A stretch of DNA of 64,000 nucleotides from Nibricoccus sp. (GCA_047602425.1 JASGHG010000001.1:4416001-4480000); one strand, 5' to 3'; shown: positions 20,606 through 30,435, counted from the stretch's first letter. Notes: generated by a model from the sequence alone, not told the origin. Translations and numbers: made by a program.

Positions 20606-21994
20606 TTAAAGCGTGCGCGTTCCTGGCAATCGCAGTTGGAAAACCGAACCACGTTCTACGCCCGAACTGACTTCCGCGCGGCCGTCATGCGCTTCAGCGA
20701 TCGCTTTGACCAAACTCAGTCCGAGGCCCATGCCCGGGGCGGAACGGCTTCGATCCACCCGGAATAATCGGTCCCAGATGCGCACTTGGTCTTCCCGGGG
20801 AATTCCAATGCCATCGTCTTCCACCCGTAGAATAATTTCCCGATCGATCCGTTCGGCGGACAATACCACCAGCCGCCCGTTTCCGAGGTACTTGAGCGCA
20901 TTGTCCACGAGATTCGCCAGCGCCCGGCGTAAACGCACGTGGTCGCCGACGAACTCCATTTTGCTGGCAACCCGCACTTCCAATTTCGCGCCTTTTTCCT
21001 CGGCGGCGAATTCGTAAAGATCCGCCACTTCAGCCAGTAAATCCGCGGCGTTGATCGTTTCCCGCTTGAGTTTCATCGCGCCGGCTTCTGCTTCCGCGAC
21101 ATCGAGCAGGGTATCCAGCGTCGCCTGGACGCGCTGCGTTTCCTCAAGACCGTCGGCCAGTGCCTCTCGCGCCGCGCTGTCGCGAGGCGTTTTGGACAAA
21201 CCAGTTTCCACCGCCACTTGCAATCGCGTCAACGGCGTCCGCAGATCGTGCGCCACACAATCGAGGGATTGTCGCAGGCTTTCGACCAAACGTTGCTGCC
21301 GATCCAAGACTGCATTGAAGGCTTCGGCCAGATCCCTCATCTCGCCTTCCGAGCGCGGCGGGCTCACACGAGCGGACCAATCGCCGGTCTGCACAATATG
21401 TCGCATGACGCCGACGGTATTTCTCAGCGGACGCAACGCGAATATAACCATGAATACACTGCCAAGTACTCCTGCCAGCAGCAGCGGAGCCACGACGTTC
21501 GCGAACAGGCCGCGGTAGGTTTTGCGAACGTCGGCGAGCGCGCTGGAAAAGCGGCCGACGAACAGGATGTCGCCGGAGGGAAGGAGGATCGCCGTGGCCG
21601 TCCATCCTTCCGCGGCCGCGACATGTTTTTCATTTCCGAGCGGCGAAAAACGAAGCTTGGTCCAAGGCGCTTGGGGCGCGTCGACGGTCGCGCCTTCGAA
21701 AAGCAGCGATTGATCGGATCGTTCGATTCGCACGGCCAGTTGTTCGCCCGTTGTCCCATCGAGCTCGTTAAGAAACGCAGTCAGGCTTTCCGCGCCGTCA
21801 TTTTGCCAGGCCAGCCGAATGTCCTCGCGGCGGTCGAGCACCAACGCCGCTTCCTCACGGGTCAACGCGCGCTCTAACATGGTGCCTGCGCTAAAATAAA
21901 TGACGACGACAGCAATGGCGAAAAGACCTCCGACGCCCAGCGCGAGGCGCAGGCTGAATCGCCAGTCGGGCCGTTTACTCATTGCGAAGGACAT
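20606..21994 (-). CDS. Sensor histidine kinase (HAMP-HisKA-HATPase)
   Basis: 2 TMs, AHDLRTPL H-box, NLVDNALKY, DDGIG, GLGL. Confidence 0.95.
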   Translation of the reverse strand: MSFAMSKRPDWRFSLRLALGVGGLFAIAVVVIYFSAGTMLERALTREEAALVLDRREDIRLAWQNDGAESLTAFLNELDGTTGEQLAVRIERSDQSLLFEGATVDAPQAPWTKLRFSPLGNEKHVAAAEGWTATAILLPSGDILFVGRFSSALADVRKTYRGLFANVVAPLLLAGVLGSVFMVIFALRPLRNTVGVMRHIVQTGDWSARVSPPRSEGEMRDLAEAFNAVLDRQQRLVESLRQSLDCVAHDLRTPLTRLQVAVETGLSKTPRDSAAREALADGLEETQRVQATLDTLLDVAEAEAGAMKLKRETINAADLLAEVADLYEFAAEEKGAKLEVRVASKMEFVGDHVRLRRALANLVDNALKYLGNGRLVVLSAERIDREIILRVEDDGIGIPREDQVRIWDRLFRVDRSRSAPGMGLGLSLVKAIAEAHDGRAEVSSGVERGSVFQLRLPGTRTL

Positions 21995-22649
21995 AACCGT
22001 AGCCGCGTTCGGTGTGCAGCAGTTTCACCGCGGCATTACGATCGAGTTTGCTTCGCAGCCGGCAGACGAGCACATCCACCACATTCGTCTGCGGATCGAA
22101 ACCGTAGTCGTAAACGTGCTCCAATACGGCGGTCTTGGAAACGACGCGGCCCGCATTGCGAATCAGATATTCCAACAGGACGAACTCGCGGGGTTGCAGC
22201 GCGAGCGTTTCACCGGCCCGGGTGGCGCGACGCGCCAGCAGGTCCATTTCGACATCGGCGTAGGTCAGGCGCGTCGCCTCGGGCTGGGCCGTGCTGCGGC
22301 GAATCAATACTTGGACTCTGGCCAGTAGTTCGGTGAAGGAAAAGGGCTTCGTCAGGTAGTCGTCGCCGCCTCGCCGGAGCCCGGCCACGCGATCGTCGAC
22401 GCTGCGTCGCGCGCTGAGGATCAGCACCGGAAACTGCAATTTCGCGGCGCGCAGTTTCTCAATCAGTTGCAGCCCATCAAAACCCGGGATCATAACATCC
22501 ACGACAGCGACGTCGAATGGCGTTGTGCGCGCGAGCGCAAGGGCGTCGGGACCATTGGCCACGACATCGACGGCAAAGCCGGCTTCGCGCAGTCCCTTCG
22601 CGACAAACGACGAGATCTTCGCATCGTCATCCACGATCAGCGCGCGCAT
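21975..22649 (-). CDS. OmpR-family response regulator (CusR/CzcR-like)
   Basis: LIVDDD, DVMIPGFDG, DDYLTKPF, TNVVDVLV.RLR, RGYGY. Confidence 0.95.
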   Translation of the reverse strand: MRALIVDDDAKISSFVAKGLREAGFAVDVVANGPDALALARTTPFDVAVVDVMIPGFDGLQLIEKLRAAKLQFPVLILSARRSVDDRVAGLRRGGDDYLTKPFSFTELLARVQVLIRRSTAQPEATRLTYADVEMDLLARRATRAGETLALQPREFVLLEYLIRNAGRVVSKTAVLEHVYDYGFDPQTNVVDVLVCRLRSKLDRNAAVKLLHTERGYGYVLRNE

Positions 22650-22705
22650 CTTGTGAAATGGGAGGTAGGGCGGGGTGAACGCATGGGTGTTTTTTTCGGC
22701 CGAAA

Positions 22706-23644
22706 CTAAAAGCTGTAACGCGCCGATGCACCGACGCCAAAATCGGGTGCGCTGGTGCTGAGTCCGGCCAGCACGTGGCCCTCCACATTCCAGGATTTTC
22801 CGACATTGTGCGACGCCACGAGGATCAATTCGTTGTCGGCGCCGGTGCTTTCGCTGGAACGCTGGGCGGCGGAAAACGTGAGGCTCAAATCGGTGTCATA
22901 CGTCGGCGAATAGATCGCGCTCGCGCGGCCGAAGAAATAGTTGCGCAGGTCCGAATCCTCGGGTTTGCCCATGATGCAATAGCCGAAGCTCACGACAGGC
23001 GTAAATTTGCCAATGCTTCGGGACACCTCGGCGCTCACACGATAATCGGTTTCGCCCGTGCCCAGGCCTTTTTCTTCCTTTCCCGTGCCGAACTTGACCG
23101 TACCGGTAAGATCGACATTCCAGCCCGTGGCGCTGTCACTGTAGAGAGTGTAGTCGAGCGAGAGTTCAGCGTCTCCGATGCCCGAATTGGTTTCGGTCGA
23201 GGAGTTGGTTGTCGCTGCATCGATCTGCGTCTGCCGTTGCTGCGGCGTGAGGATTTTGAGCTGCGCCAGTGTCAGGCCGAGTTTCTTTAATACCGCGCTT
23301 TGTGTGGCGCCTCCCAAGGTCTGCACCGGACGGCCATCGATGATCGTTGTGCCACCGGGACTTTTAACCGAAAGGTAGGGAACGTAAGCGCGGATGGTCC
23401 AGTCGCGGAACGTATATTCGCCGGTGAGACTGGCGATACAGATTTCGGTTTTGCTCTTCATGCCGTATTTGCCCGCGAGATAATCGACTCCCGGCGTGAG
23501 CGAAAAGCTGGACTGCGGAGCCGCTGCTTCTGCGAGCTTTTCCAAGCCGGGCGAAGCGGCTTTCAGGCCTGTGGCTGACCAGAAGGTTGTAGCGATGACG
23601 GTGAAAATACCGATGCGGGTTCCGCGGGAAAACGGGAGGTTCAT
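22706..23644 (-). CDS. Putative outer-membrane beta-barrel protein (MetA-pathway/transporter-like)
   Basis: Signal peptide, GKYG, SGIGD, VKFGTG..EKGLGTG, terminal YSF. Confidence 0.65.
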   Translation of the reverse strand: MNLPFSRGTRIGIFTVIATTFWSATGLKAASPGLEKLAEAAAPQSSFSLTPGVDYLAGKYGMKSKTEICIASLTGEYTFRDWTIRAYVPYLSVKSPGGTTIIDGRPVQTLGGATQSAVLKKLGLTLAQLKILTPQQRQTQIDAATTNSSTETNSGIGDAELSLDYTLYSDSATGWNVDLTGTVKFGTGKEEKGLGTGETDYRVSAEVSRSIGKFTPVVSFGYCIMGKPEDSDLRNYFFGRASAIYSPTYDTDLSLTFSAAQRSSESTGADNELILVASHNVGKSWNVEGHVLAGLSTSAPDFGVGASARYSF

Positions 23645-23922
23645 TGTGCGTGGGAGGGGTGCGATATTTTTGTTTCATGTTTGCAAACGCGCAAGCGGGG
23701 GAGGGGATTTTTTGCGACATGTCTCCCGACAACAGCCCGTGATTGTCCGCGGCCTTGCTCCGCCCATCGTACGTATTTCCCACGTGGCCCGCGGGGCGAA
23801 GAAGGTCGGGCGGCCACATTGCCAAACCGTAATGCCGCCGCAAGATCGCGGCAATGGTCGTATGGCATCTTGGCGGCGTCGGATGAATCAACGTCCGATA
23901 AAACAACAAACCTCCAATACCT

Positions 23923-24540
23923 ATGAAAACACGAACCATTATTACCACCGTCGGAATCCTCTCGTTTCTGCCCTTCGTCGCGTCCGCCCAGGTTTTGGGC
24001 GCCGCTTCTGCCGCCACGAATGCGTCCGCCGCCGCCTCGCGCGCTGCCACTGCGTCCGCGACCGCTGCGGTCAACGCTTCTTCGGTCGCGACTCTTGCCG
24101 CGACCAACGCCTCCCACGCGGTCAGCAGTTTGAGTTCAGCGGCCACATCCGCCACCAATGCCTCGGTCGCCGCATCGAAGGCTGCGGCCGCTTCCACCAC
24201 CGGCGCGGCCAACGCCACGACCAACGCCGCAGTTGCCGCCGCCAAGAATCCACCCGTGACGGGCAACGTGGGTGTCGGCGTCAACGCCGGTCCGACTTCG
24301 TCGGTGTCTGTCTCGACCGAAACCGGCCTCGCCAAGGCGACCAACGTCGCCAACGTGAATGCCTCCGCTGGTTTGGATCGGGCGAACATCGCGAGCGACG
24401 CGACGACCACGGGTCTCGACAAGGCACAATTGGTCGCCAACGCCAATGCCGCCGAGGGGCTTGAAAAGGCCTCCGCCAACCAACCCGCTACCGCCAACGC
24501 CGCGACCAATGCCGGCGCTCAGGCGAACGTGAAGAAATAG
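23923..24540 (+). CDS. Secreted Ala/Thr/Asn-rich low-complexity protein
   Basis: Signal peptide ending ASAQ; AATNAS and GLxKA repeats; strong GC3 codon bias. Confidence 0.75.
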   Translation: MKTRTIITTVGILSFLPFVASAQVLGAASAATNASAAASRAATASATAAVNASSVATLAATNASHAVSSLSSAATSATNASVAASKAAAASTTGAANATTNAAVAAAKNPPVTGNVGVGVNAGPTSSVSVSTETGLAKATNVANVNASAGLDRANIASDATTTGLDKAQLVANANAAEGLEKASANQPATANAATNAGAQANVKK

Positions 24541-24581
24541 TCGCCACGCCTCCTCATCCAGCACGGGCACTCGTTCCAGAT

Positions 24582-24620
24582 GGGGAGTTCGCCGCGACAA
24601 GGCGGGCTCCCCCTTTTTTT
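24582..24620 (+). terminator. Intrinsic terminator
   Basis: GGGGAGTTCGCC/GGCGGGCTCCCC stem plus T tract. Confidence 0.75.
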
Positions 24621-24646
24621 CAACTTCATTTCAATCTACTTTCCCC

Positions 24647-25396
24647 ATGCCAAAATACTCCCTTCTTTTTATCGTCGCGCTCACTGGCGTCGCCGCCGCT
24701 TTCGCCGAGCCGGAAAAATCGTCGTTCAAGATCGACACCGGTTTTGTTTTCGCGCGCGGCAGTTATGGACTCGCCACCGACACCGACGTGTTTCTCGCCC
24801 TCGTGAATCCGACCTATGAGACCGCTGCCTGGCGCGTCGAGGGATCGCTGCCCTACGTGCGCCTCAAGGGCCCCGCCACCGTCGTGGGTAATACCGGCAA
24901 CGCCTCCGCCATGCATTCGGCCTCGGGCGTGGGCGATGCGGCCCTTGGGCTGACCCGCAAATTTGCCGCGAGCACGGACGGCTGGTCATCCAGTCTTGGC
25001 GCCAAGGTGAAGTTCCCCACCGCCGACGAACAAAAGGGCCTCGGTACCGGAAAAATGGATACAACCGTGCAGATCGATGTCTTCAAGGCCGGAGGCACCG
25101 TCACGCCCTTCGCCAATATCGGTTACCAATTTCTCGGCCACAGCGAGGCCTACCCGATGAAAAGCGGACCCTTGGCCACCGTTGGGATGACAACCAAAAT
25201 TTCCTCCAACGTCATCGGCCTGGCGGGCAACTGGCGTGCACGCATGATCGAAGGCAGCGATCACGCCCTCGAGGCGATGGCCTTCCTGCAACATCCGTTC
25301 AACGAAAAGAGTCGGATCCAGCTATTCGTTCTCCATGGTTTCACCGACGCCAGCCCGAACCTTGCCGCAGGACTCATGCTTGGCTTCACCTTCTAG
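24647..25396 (+). CDS. Putative outer-membrane beta-barrel protein, paralogue of 22706..23644
   Basis: GSYG, PYVRLKGP, SGVGD, VKFPTADEQKGLGTG, terminal FTF. Confidence 0.65.
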   Translation: MPKYSLLFIVALTGVAAAFAEPEKSSFKIDTGFVFARGSYGLATDTDVFLALVNPTYETAAWRVEGSLPYVRLKGPATVVGNTGNASAMHSASGVGDAALGLTRKFAASTDGWSSSLGAKVKFPTADEQKGLGTGKMDTTVQIDVFKAGGTVTPFANIGYQFLGHSEAYPMKSGPLATVGMTTKISSNVIGLAGNWRARMIEGSDHALEAMAFLQHPFNEKSRIQLFVLHGFTDASPNLAAGLMLGFTF

Positions 25397-25567
25397 AGCA
25401 TTTTAAAAATGTGATAGTCGCACAACTCCGGCTGTAGGGGCGCAGTCTTGCTGCGCCCGGGTTGGCTTCGCTACAGAAAAGGCGCAGCAAGACTGCGCCC
25501 CTACGAAGATAGCTCGCTCGGTTCATAACACCGATTTACGGTTACAGTTTTATTGTATGTGCTCTAG
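25393..25567. mobile_element. MITE-like element (CTAGAGCA/TGCTCTAG ends) carrying a GTAG-REP doublet
   Basis: 8-bp terminal inverted repeats; internal GTAGGGGCGCAGTCTTGCTGCGCC ... GGCGCAGCAAGACTGCGCCCCTAC at 25434-25504. Confidence 0.5.
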
Positions 25568-26060
25568 GACCCAACGCCAAACTATCTGCTACCGACCCCA
25601 AACCACAAAGCTCTGACTCTTTTTTCAATGCCTCTTGGCAAGGCGGAGTTCGGATTTTAAACGCGAAGAACGCGGCGCGAAGTAGGGCAGGTATGCTTTG
25701 TGGCCTTTGTGTCCGGCGGATTGGTCTCGCGGCCTTTGCGTTAAGAAAAGATCGATTCCACCCTCCGTCGGGGAAATGCTTCGGCGGAGTGTAGGGGAAA
25801 CCATTAACTTAGCGACACAGCCAAATTAAAGTCGGTCGCGTAAATAACTATATCCAAGCGACAACGACGTCGGTTGATGAATATTTAACAAACATCTACC
25901 TCTATTTAGGTAGATAATCACGTGTTCGGTTTTCGGATTACCCGTTTCAAACGGCGGGTCTTGCTTCAACACCGCGCACAACGTCCGCTTTGCCCACGCC
26001 TCCACCCGCTTGTGGTGGGCCGCTTGGTTTTGCCTCCGCCCATTGCCGCGGGGAACCTCC

Positions 26061-26354
26061 GAATTGTGAACTCGGACCCTGGAATTGTGAACTCCACGGG
26101 TAAAATTGGGGATTCGCACCCGGAAGTTCTGAATTCGGATCCCGGAATTGTTAATTCGACCCTTGGAATCTCCTTAAACGAGGAGCGAATTCACAATTTG
26201 ACGGTGGGAATTCAAGATTCGGAGCAGGAGAGCGACAATGGGGAACGGTCACGAAGAGATTCACCGTGGCATCCCGGCAATTCCTCCCGGACAGCAACCA
26301 ATTCAAACCGTCTGCGAAAGGATCGCGGCACTGATTGGGCGGATTTCAAAACCA
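26061..26354. repeat. Degenerate 21-bp periodic tract (~14 units)
   Basis: GAATT or (A/G)ATTC recur in exact 21-bp register (26061, 26082, 26103, 26124, 26145 ...). Confidence 0.7.
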
Positions 26355-26422
26355 TTTTCGAGATACCGGCGCACAACGCGCCGAACTCCGAAACAACCGA
26401 AATAAAATACATCCATAAAAAC

Positions 26423-26785
26423 ATGAGCATCACCTCACTTGAACGCACCGCCAAAGCCCTCCGGGTCTGGCAAGCCAATCCGGAAATGAAACTGAAGAAC
26501 CTGACCGTGAAGGAATTTCAGGCGCAATACGACCGCATGGGCGAATTGGAGCCCGACATCGAGGCGCTGGAGGAAAAGCTTACTCCGCTGCGCAACGAAC
26601 GCGACGCGCTGGCGGATAGCATGAGCAAAAACACCACGCGTGTGCGCGGCGGCATCCGCAGCTACTTTGGCGAAGACTCCGACGAGTACGAACTCGCCGG
26701 CGGCACCCGCACTTCGGAGCGCCGCAAGAGCGGCCCGAAGAAATCGAAGGGCACCGACACCCCGCCCAGCGCCGAGGCGAAATAA
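26423..26785 (+). CDS. Hypothetical helical/coiled-coil protein (120 aa)
   Basis: ATG 26423 (MSITSLERTAK); strong codon bias begins here; FGEDSDEYELAGGTRTSER motif. Confidence 0.75.
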   Translation: MSITSLERTAKALRVWQANPEMKLKNLTVKEFQAQYDRMGELEPDIEALEEKLTPLRNERDALADSMSKNTTRVRGGIRSYFGEDSDEYELAGGTRTSERRKSGPKKSKGTDTPPSAEAK

Positions 26786-26830
26786 CGCCCAAGTTGCGAT
26801 CAAACGTCAAAATACTACCGATGTTTGATG

Positions 26831-26916
26831 GGTAGGGACGGCCCGCCGGGCCGTCCGGTTGTGCATGAGCCAATCTCAGACGACGTTGACGGACGACCCG
26901 GCGGGTCGTCCCTACC
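26831..26916. repeat. REPIN (inverted GTAG-REP doublet, 86 bp)
   Basis: GGTAGGGACGGCCCGCCGGGCCGTCC ... GGACGACCCGGCGGGTCGTCCCTACC; near reverse complement of 60634-60719. Confidence 0.85.
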
Positions 26917-27280
26917 TTTGTCGTTTCGATATCTTTTGAGAGTAACTTGGCACAGAGCCCGCGTCTCGCCCTGACAACCACCGGCCGGAGCCCACACCAC
27001 GGGCCCGGCCGTTTTTTTTGCGCGCAGTTTTTGTAGGAGCGGCTTTACGCCGCGATCTTGAAGACCCGCCTTGGCCGGATTGCTGATCCTCGCGCCTGAG
27101 CCTGATGTTTTTGGGTGGAGCGACTTGTCCTCAAGACGCTTTCCGTGTGCCGTGGATTGCACGGAGTGCACGAATGCGGAGTGCAAAAAAGGCCGTGCCC
27201 GGTCAGCCATCCGCAACCATCGGCTATCGTTTCCTCAACCCTCAAATCCTGACTCCGTCTCATGACTTTGTTTATTTTCC

Positions 27281-28633
27281 TCAGGACATTGAGTCGGCTA
27301 ATATCGCTTGCCGAACCTGCTCGAGTGTACGCTGGATTCCTATAAGACACTTGTGATAATAAGCCCTGTATCCTTTGGAAGTCACTTGGATGGATTTTCT
27401 TCGTTGGTCCTTTTCGTCTTGGACACTTATGAGTAATCCTCCGTCCTCCAATTCCTTGATATGAGCGCGCATCACTTGCGGTGACTTGAAGCCAAACATA
27501 TCGTAGTCTCCAGGTGAGCAATTTCCGCCGGCTCCCGATATAATCGCGTCCAGTACTTCAAGCGAGCGCGCCTTGCATTGAGTCTTTGCTGCTGCGTATA
27601 CCGCTGCTACGTCTTCGTAGAACCATTTGTAGAAAGCATCATCTTTTTCTTTATCAGTTTGAGGTGTGCTTTCGTGGTCCTTGGACCAAATACAATATTC
27701 GTCTGCTGCGGCGATTAAGTTTCCTAGATTACGGTTTAGGGCCTCGTATAGTACGCGAAAGGCGACCTTGGTTAAGGGGAGGTATCCGCTCCCTTGAAAT
27801 TTCGAGAACACATTGATGCGAGATTCAAAGACTTTGTCGATAAAGTCATCGCCGAGCCGATCGATAACAATCGGAACGTACACGCGGCGATCCAATCGGG
27901 CTGAGGAAACGACGCCCTGAATTATCCCGTTGGCACCACAAAGCACCCAACGAGTTCCGTGTGTATTGAGCAGCGAGTCTCTAAGACTTTCGATTGCCTT
28001 TCGAGCGTCAGTCGACTCTTGGAGTAACTCCATATTGTCGATAACGCATACTATCCCCCCGCCGAGGGGAAACACTTCGTATAGCCAATCTCTCACTGCC
28101 TTTCGGAATCCTGACTTGTCGAAACCGGTCGCCGTGTTCGGCGAGGAGCCGCCCCCAGCGGACAAACCGTGTCCGAATAGGGACCCCCCAATTTCAACTT
28201 GTTTGAACGTGGGACTATTGAGCCAAGATTCAATTTTGCTTTTCGCGGAGCTTGCAAAACGGAATTTATACTTTTCCTCGTTAAGGCCGATAAGGGTTTG
28301 TGCTACAGAAAAATAGAAGTCTTCTTCTAGCCTTTCGAGCTGCGAAAGATTTGAGATTTGGAACACCTTCGAACACGCGACATATAAATCTCCTGTCCGT
28401 GCCGTAAGGAACTGTTTCGTTAGCTTATAAGTCGCCACATTTACCAAGCTTGTTTTTCCAGCACCAACGCCTCCTTCTACTGTCGGCAACCGCGGTGGGC
28501 TTTGAATGCGTTCCATCAGCCTGGATAATTCTTTGTCTCTGCCTATTAGCAGGTTTTCTCCTTCTTCATCTGGGCCTAACGGATAACTGGTGAAAGGATT
28601 TTCTCTAAATCCCCAATCGTTATAAAAGCTCAT
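27281..28633 (-). CDS. P-loop AAA+-type ATPase with C-terminal winged HTH
   Basis: WGFRENPF N-terminus, LIGRDKEL, Walker A GGVGAGKT, Walker B VCVIDNME, MarR-like wing ELEDGGLL...DQRRKSIQVTSKG; AT-richer than flanks. Confidence 0.8.
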   Translation of the reverse strand: MSFYNDWGFRENPFTSYPLGPDEEGENLLIGRDKELSRLMERIQSPPRLPTVEGGVGAGKTSLVNVATYKLTKQFLTARTGDLYVACSKVFQISNLSQLERLEEDFYFSVAQTLIGLNEEKYKFRFASSAKSKIESWLNSPTFKQVEIGGSLFGHGLSAGGGSSPNTATGFDKSGFRKAVRDWLYEVFPLGGGIVCVIDNMELLQESTDARKAIESLRDSLLNTHGTRWVLCGANGIIQGVVSSARLDRRVYVPIVIDRLGDDFIDKVFESRINVFSKFQGSGYLPLTKVAFRVLYEALNRNLGNLIAAADEYCIWSKDHESTPQTDKEKDDAFYKWFYEDVAAVYAAAKTQCKARSLEVLDAIISGAGGNCSPGDYDMFGFKSPQVMRAHIKELEDGGLLISVQDEKDQRRKSIQVTSKGYRAYYHKCLIGIQRTLEQVRQAILADSMS

Positions 28634-29039
28634 GCTTAGTAAAGGTAAGTTATTTGCTATAGCGGGTTTTGAAAGGAGCCCTAGACGTCAAATGGAGCCA
28701 AAGACATTAGGCCTTGACTCTTTAAAATGAGAAATACGCCGGGTGGTGCGTGTAAGGTTGGCAGTGTGAAGGTTTTTGGTTGGGTGATCACACGCCGGCG
28801 ACATTCTACATCGGCGATGGTTCGTCGCGCTGTGGCGTGCCGCGTATCAACTGACTCTCTCGCTCTTGCAACTGGGGTAGACATTGGCTGGATGCCCCAG
28901 ATGAGAGGATTTCGGCAGGGACGGCAATCCTGGAATCGGTCGGGTATTAAGATGTAGCCCGGCTTCAATGCCCGGTGCTCAATATCCAATATCGAAGGGC
29001 GGAATCTCCGAGGAGATCGGATCTCTGTGGGCTCTGCGA

Positions 29040-29355
29040 GGTGGTTTACGCATTGCCAAAGGTTGTCCCGAGGTGACGGTCGGCCCGGCGGTCCGACCCT
29101 ACATGTATTGGTGCGGGCGGAGTGGTTTGGAAGGTAGGGACGGCCAGCCTTGGCCGTCCGTCAACGTCGCCGGCGATTGACTCGGGCCATAACGGACGAC
29201 CGTGCGGTGCAACCCGCAGCATGCGGTGTCGGTTGGTTTATGCATTACCGAAGGTTGTACCGAGGTGACGGTCGGCCCGGCGGTCCGACCCTACCGCATT
29301 GGTGCGGGCGGAGTGGTTTGGAAGGTGGGGACGGCCAGCCTTGGCCGTCCGTCAG
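29040..29355. repeat. REP array (BIME-like), left of RAYT
   Basis: Alternating inverted REPs GACGGTCGGCCCGGCGGTCCGACCCTAC (29075, 29267) and GGT(A/G)GGGACGGCCAGCCTTGGCCGTCC (29133, 29324). Confidence 0.88.
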
Positions 29356-29444
29356 CTTTGCCCGTGAATGGCCGGCCCATTTCGGCGATCATACGTTCCC
29401 TTCCGGCTTGTTTCCGCATCAACGTTTGGGAATGTTGCCGAGGA

Positions 29445-29927
29445 ATGAATCTGCCGAAACGAAAAGTTTTGCCGCATGAGATTCCAAACTGGGTGCAGCC
29501 GGGGGAACTCTTTTTCATCACCATTTGCTGCCAGCAACGTGGTGCCAATCAACTTTGTCATCCGGAGATTGCCCAGGCGCTTATCGATTCTGTCCGTTTC
29601 CGACAAGAGCGCGGGAACTGGTATACAACGCTATTTTTGCTCATGCCCGATCATTTGCATGCGTTGATTGCGTTTCCGCTGGAGAACACAATGAAAACAA
29701 CGGTTGCCAAGTGGAAGGAATTTACCGCGCGGCAAATGGGTATCCTTTGGCAACGCGGTTTCTTTGATCACCGATTGCGGAAGGCGGAAAGCCTGGATGA
29801 GAAGGCTCATTACATCCGTATGAATCCAGTGCGACAAGGTTTGGTCGCAAAGCCGGAGGATTGGCCATGGGTTTGGGAAGGTAGGGACGGCCAGCCTTGG
29901 CCGTCCGTCAACGTCGCCCGCGATTGA
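29445..29927 (+). CDS. REP-associated tyrosine transposase (RAYT, Y1 HUH)
   Basis: FFITIC, HUH motif MPDHLH, WQRGFFDH, catalytic YIRMNP, DWPW; flanked by REPs; start ATG 29445 after AGGA. Confidence 0.92.
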   Translation: MNLPKRKVLPHEIPNWVQPGELFFITICCQQRGANQLCHPEIAQALIDSVRFRQERGNWYTTLFLLMPDHLHALIAFPLENTMKTTVAKWKEFTARQMGILWQRGFFDHRLRKAESLDEKAHYIRMNPVRQGLVAKPEDWPWVWEGRDGQPWPSVNVARD

Positions 29928-30420
29928 CTCGGGCCTGAACGAACGACCGTGCGGTGCAAACCAGCGTGCGGTGTCGGTTGGTTTATGCATTGCCAAAGGC
30001 TGTCCCGAGGTGACGGTCGGCCCGGCGGTCCGACCCTACCACATTGGTGCGGGCGGAGTGGTTTGGAAGGTAGGGAAGGCCAGCCTTGGCCGTCCGTCAA
30101 CGTCGCCCGCGATTGACTCGGGCCAGAACGGACGACCGTGCGGTGCAACCCAGCATGCGGTGTGGGTTGGTTTATGCATTGCCAACGGTTGTACCGAGGT
30201 AACGGTCGGCCCGGCGGTCCGACCCTACCACATTGGTGCGGGCGGAGTGGTTTGGGAACGTAGGGACGGCCAGCCTTGGCCGTCCGTCAACGTCGCCCGC
30301 GATTGACTCGGGCCTGAACGAACGACCGTGAGGTGCAACCCAGCATGCGGTGTCGGTTGGTTTATGCATTACTAAAGGTTGTACCGAGATGACGGTCGGC
30401 CCGGCGGTCCGACCCTACCT
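29870..30420. repeat. REP array (BIME-like, ~190-bp period), right of RAYT
   Basis: REP-A at 29880, 30069, 30260; REP-B at 30012, 30202, 30391; conserved linkers. Confidence 0.9.
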
Positions 30421-30435
30421 TTGATCACCGACAAA

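Noticed and set aside
26061..26354. DGR template/variable repeat or mini-CRISPR
   Set aside because: No reverse transcriptase or cas gene in the window, no adenine-specific repeat pair, and no repeat-spacer alternation
25922..26422. Full 287-aa ORF as a confident CDS
   Set aside because: Codon bias and protein-like sequence begin only at ATG 26423; the upstream part is the periodic tract and is reported separately as uncertain
29202..29444. N-terminal extension of the RAYT and the small ORFs within the REP arrays
   Set aside because: These are translations of repeat DNA
29040..30420. CRISPR array
   Set aside because: Linkers between the repeats are near-identical rather than unique spacers, the repeats alternate in orientation, no cas genes are present, and a RAYT sits in the middle
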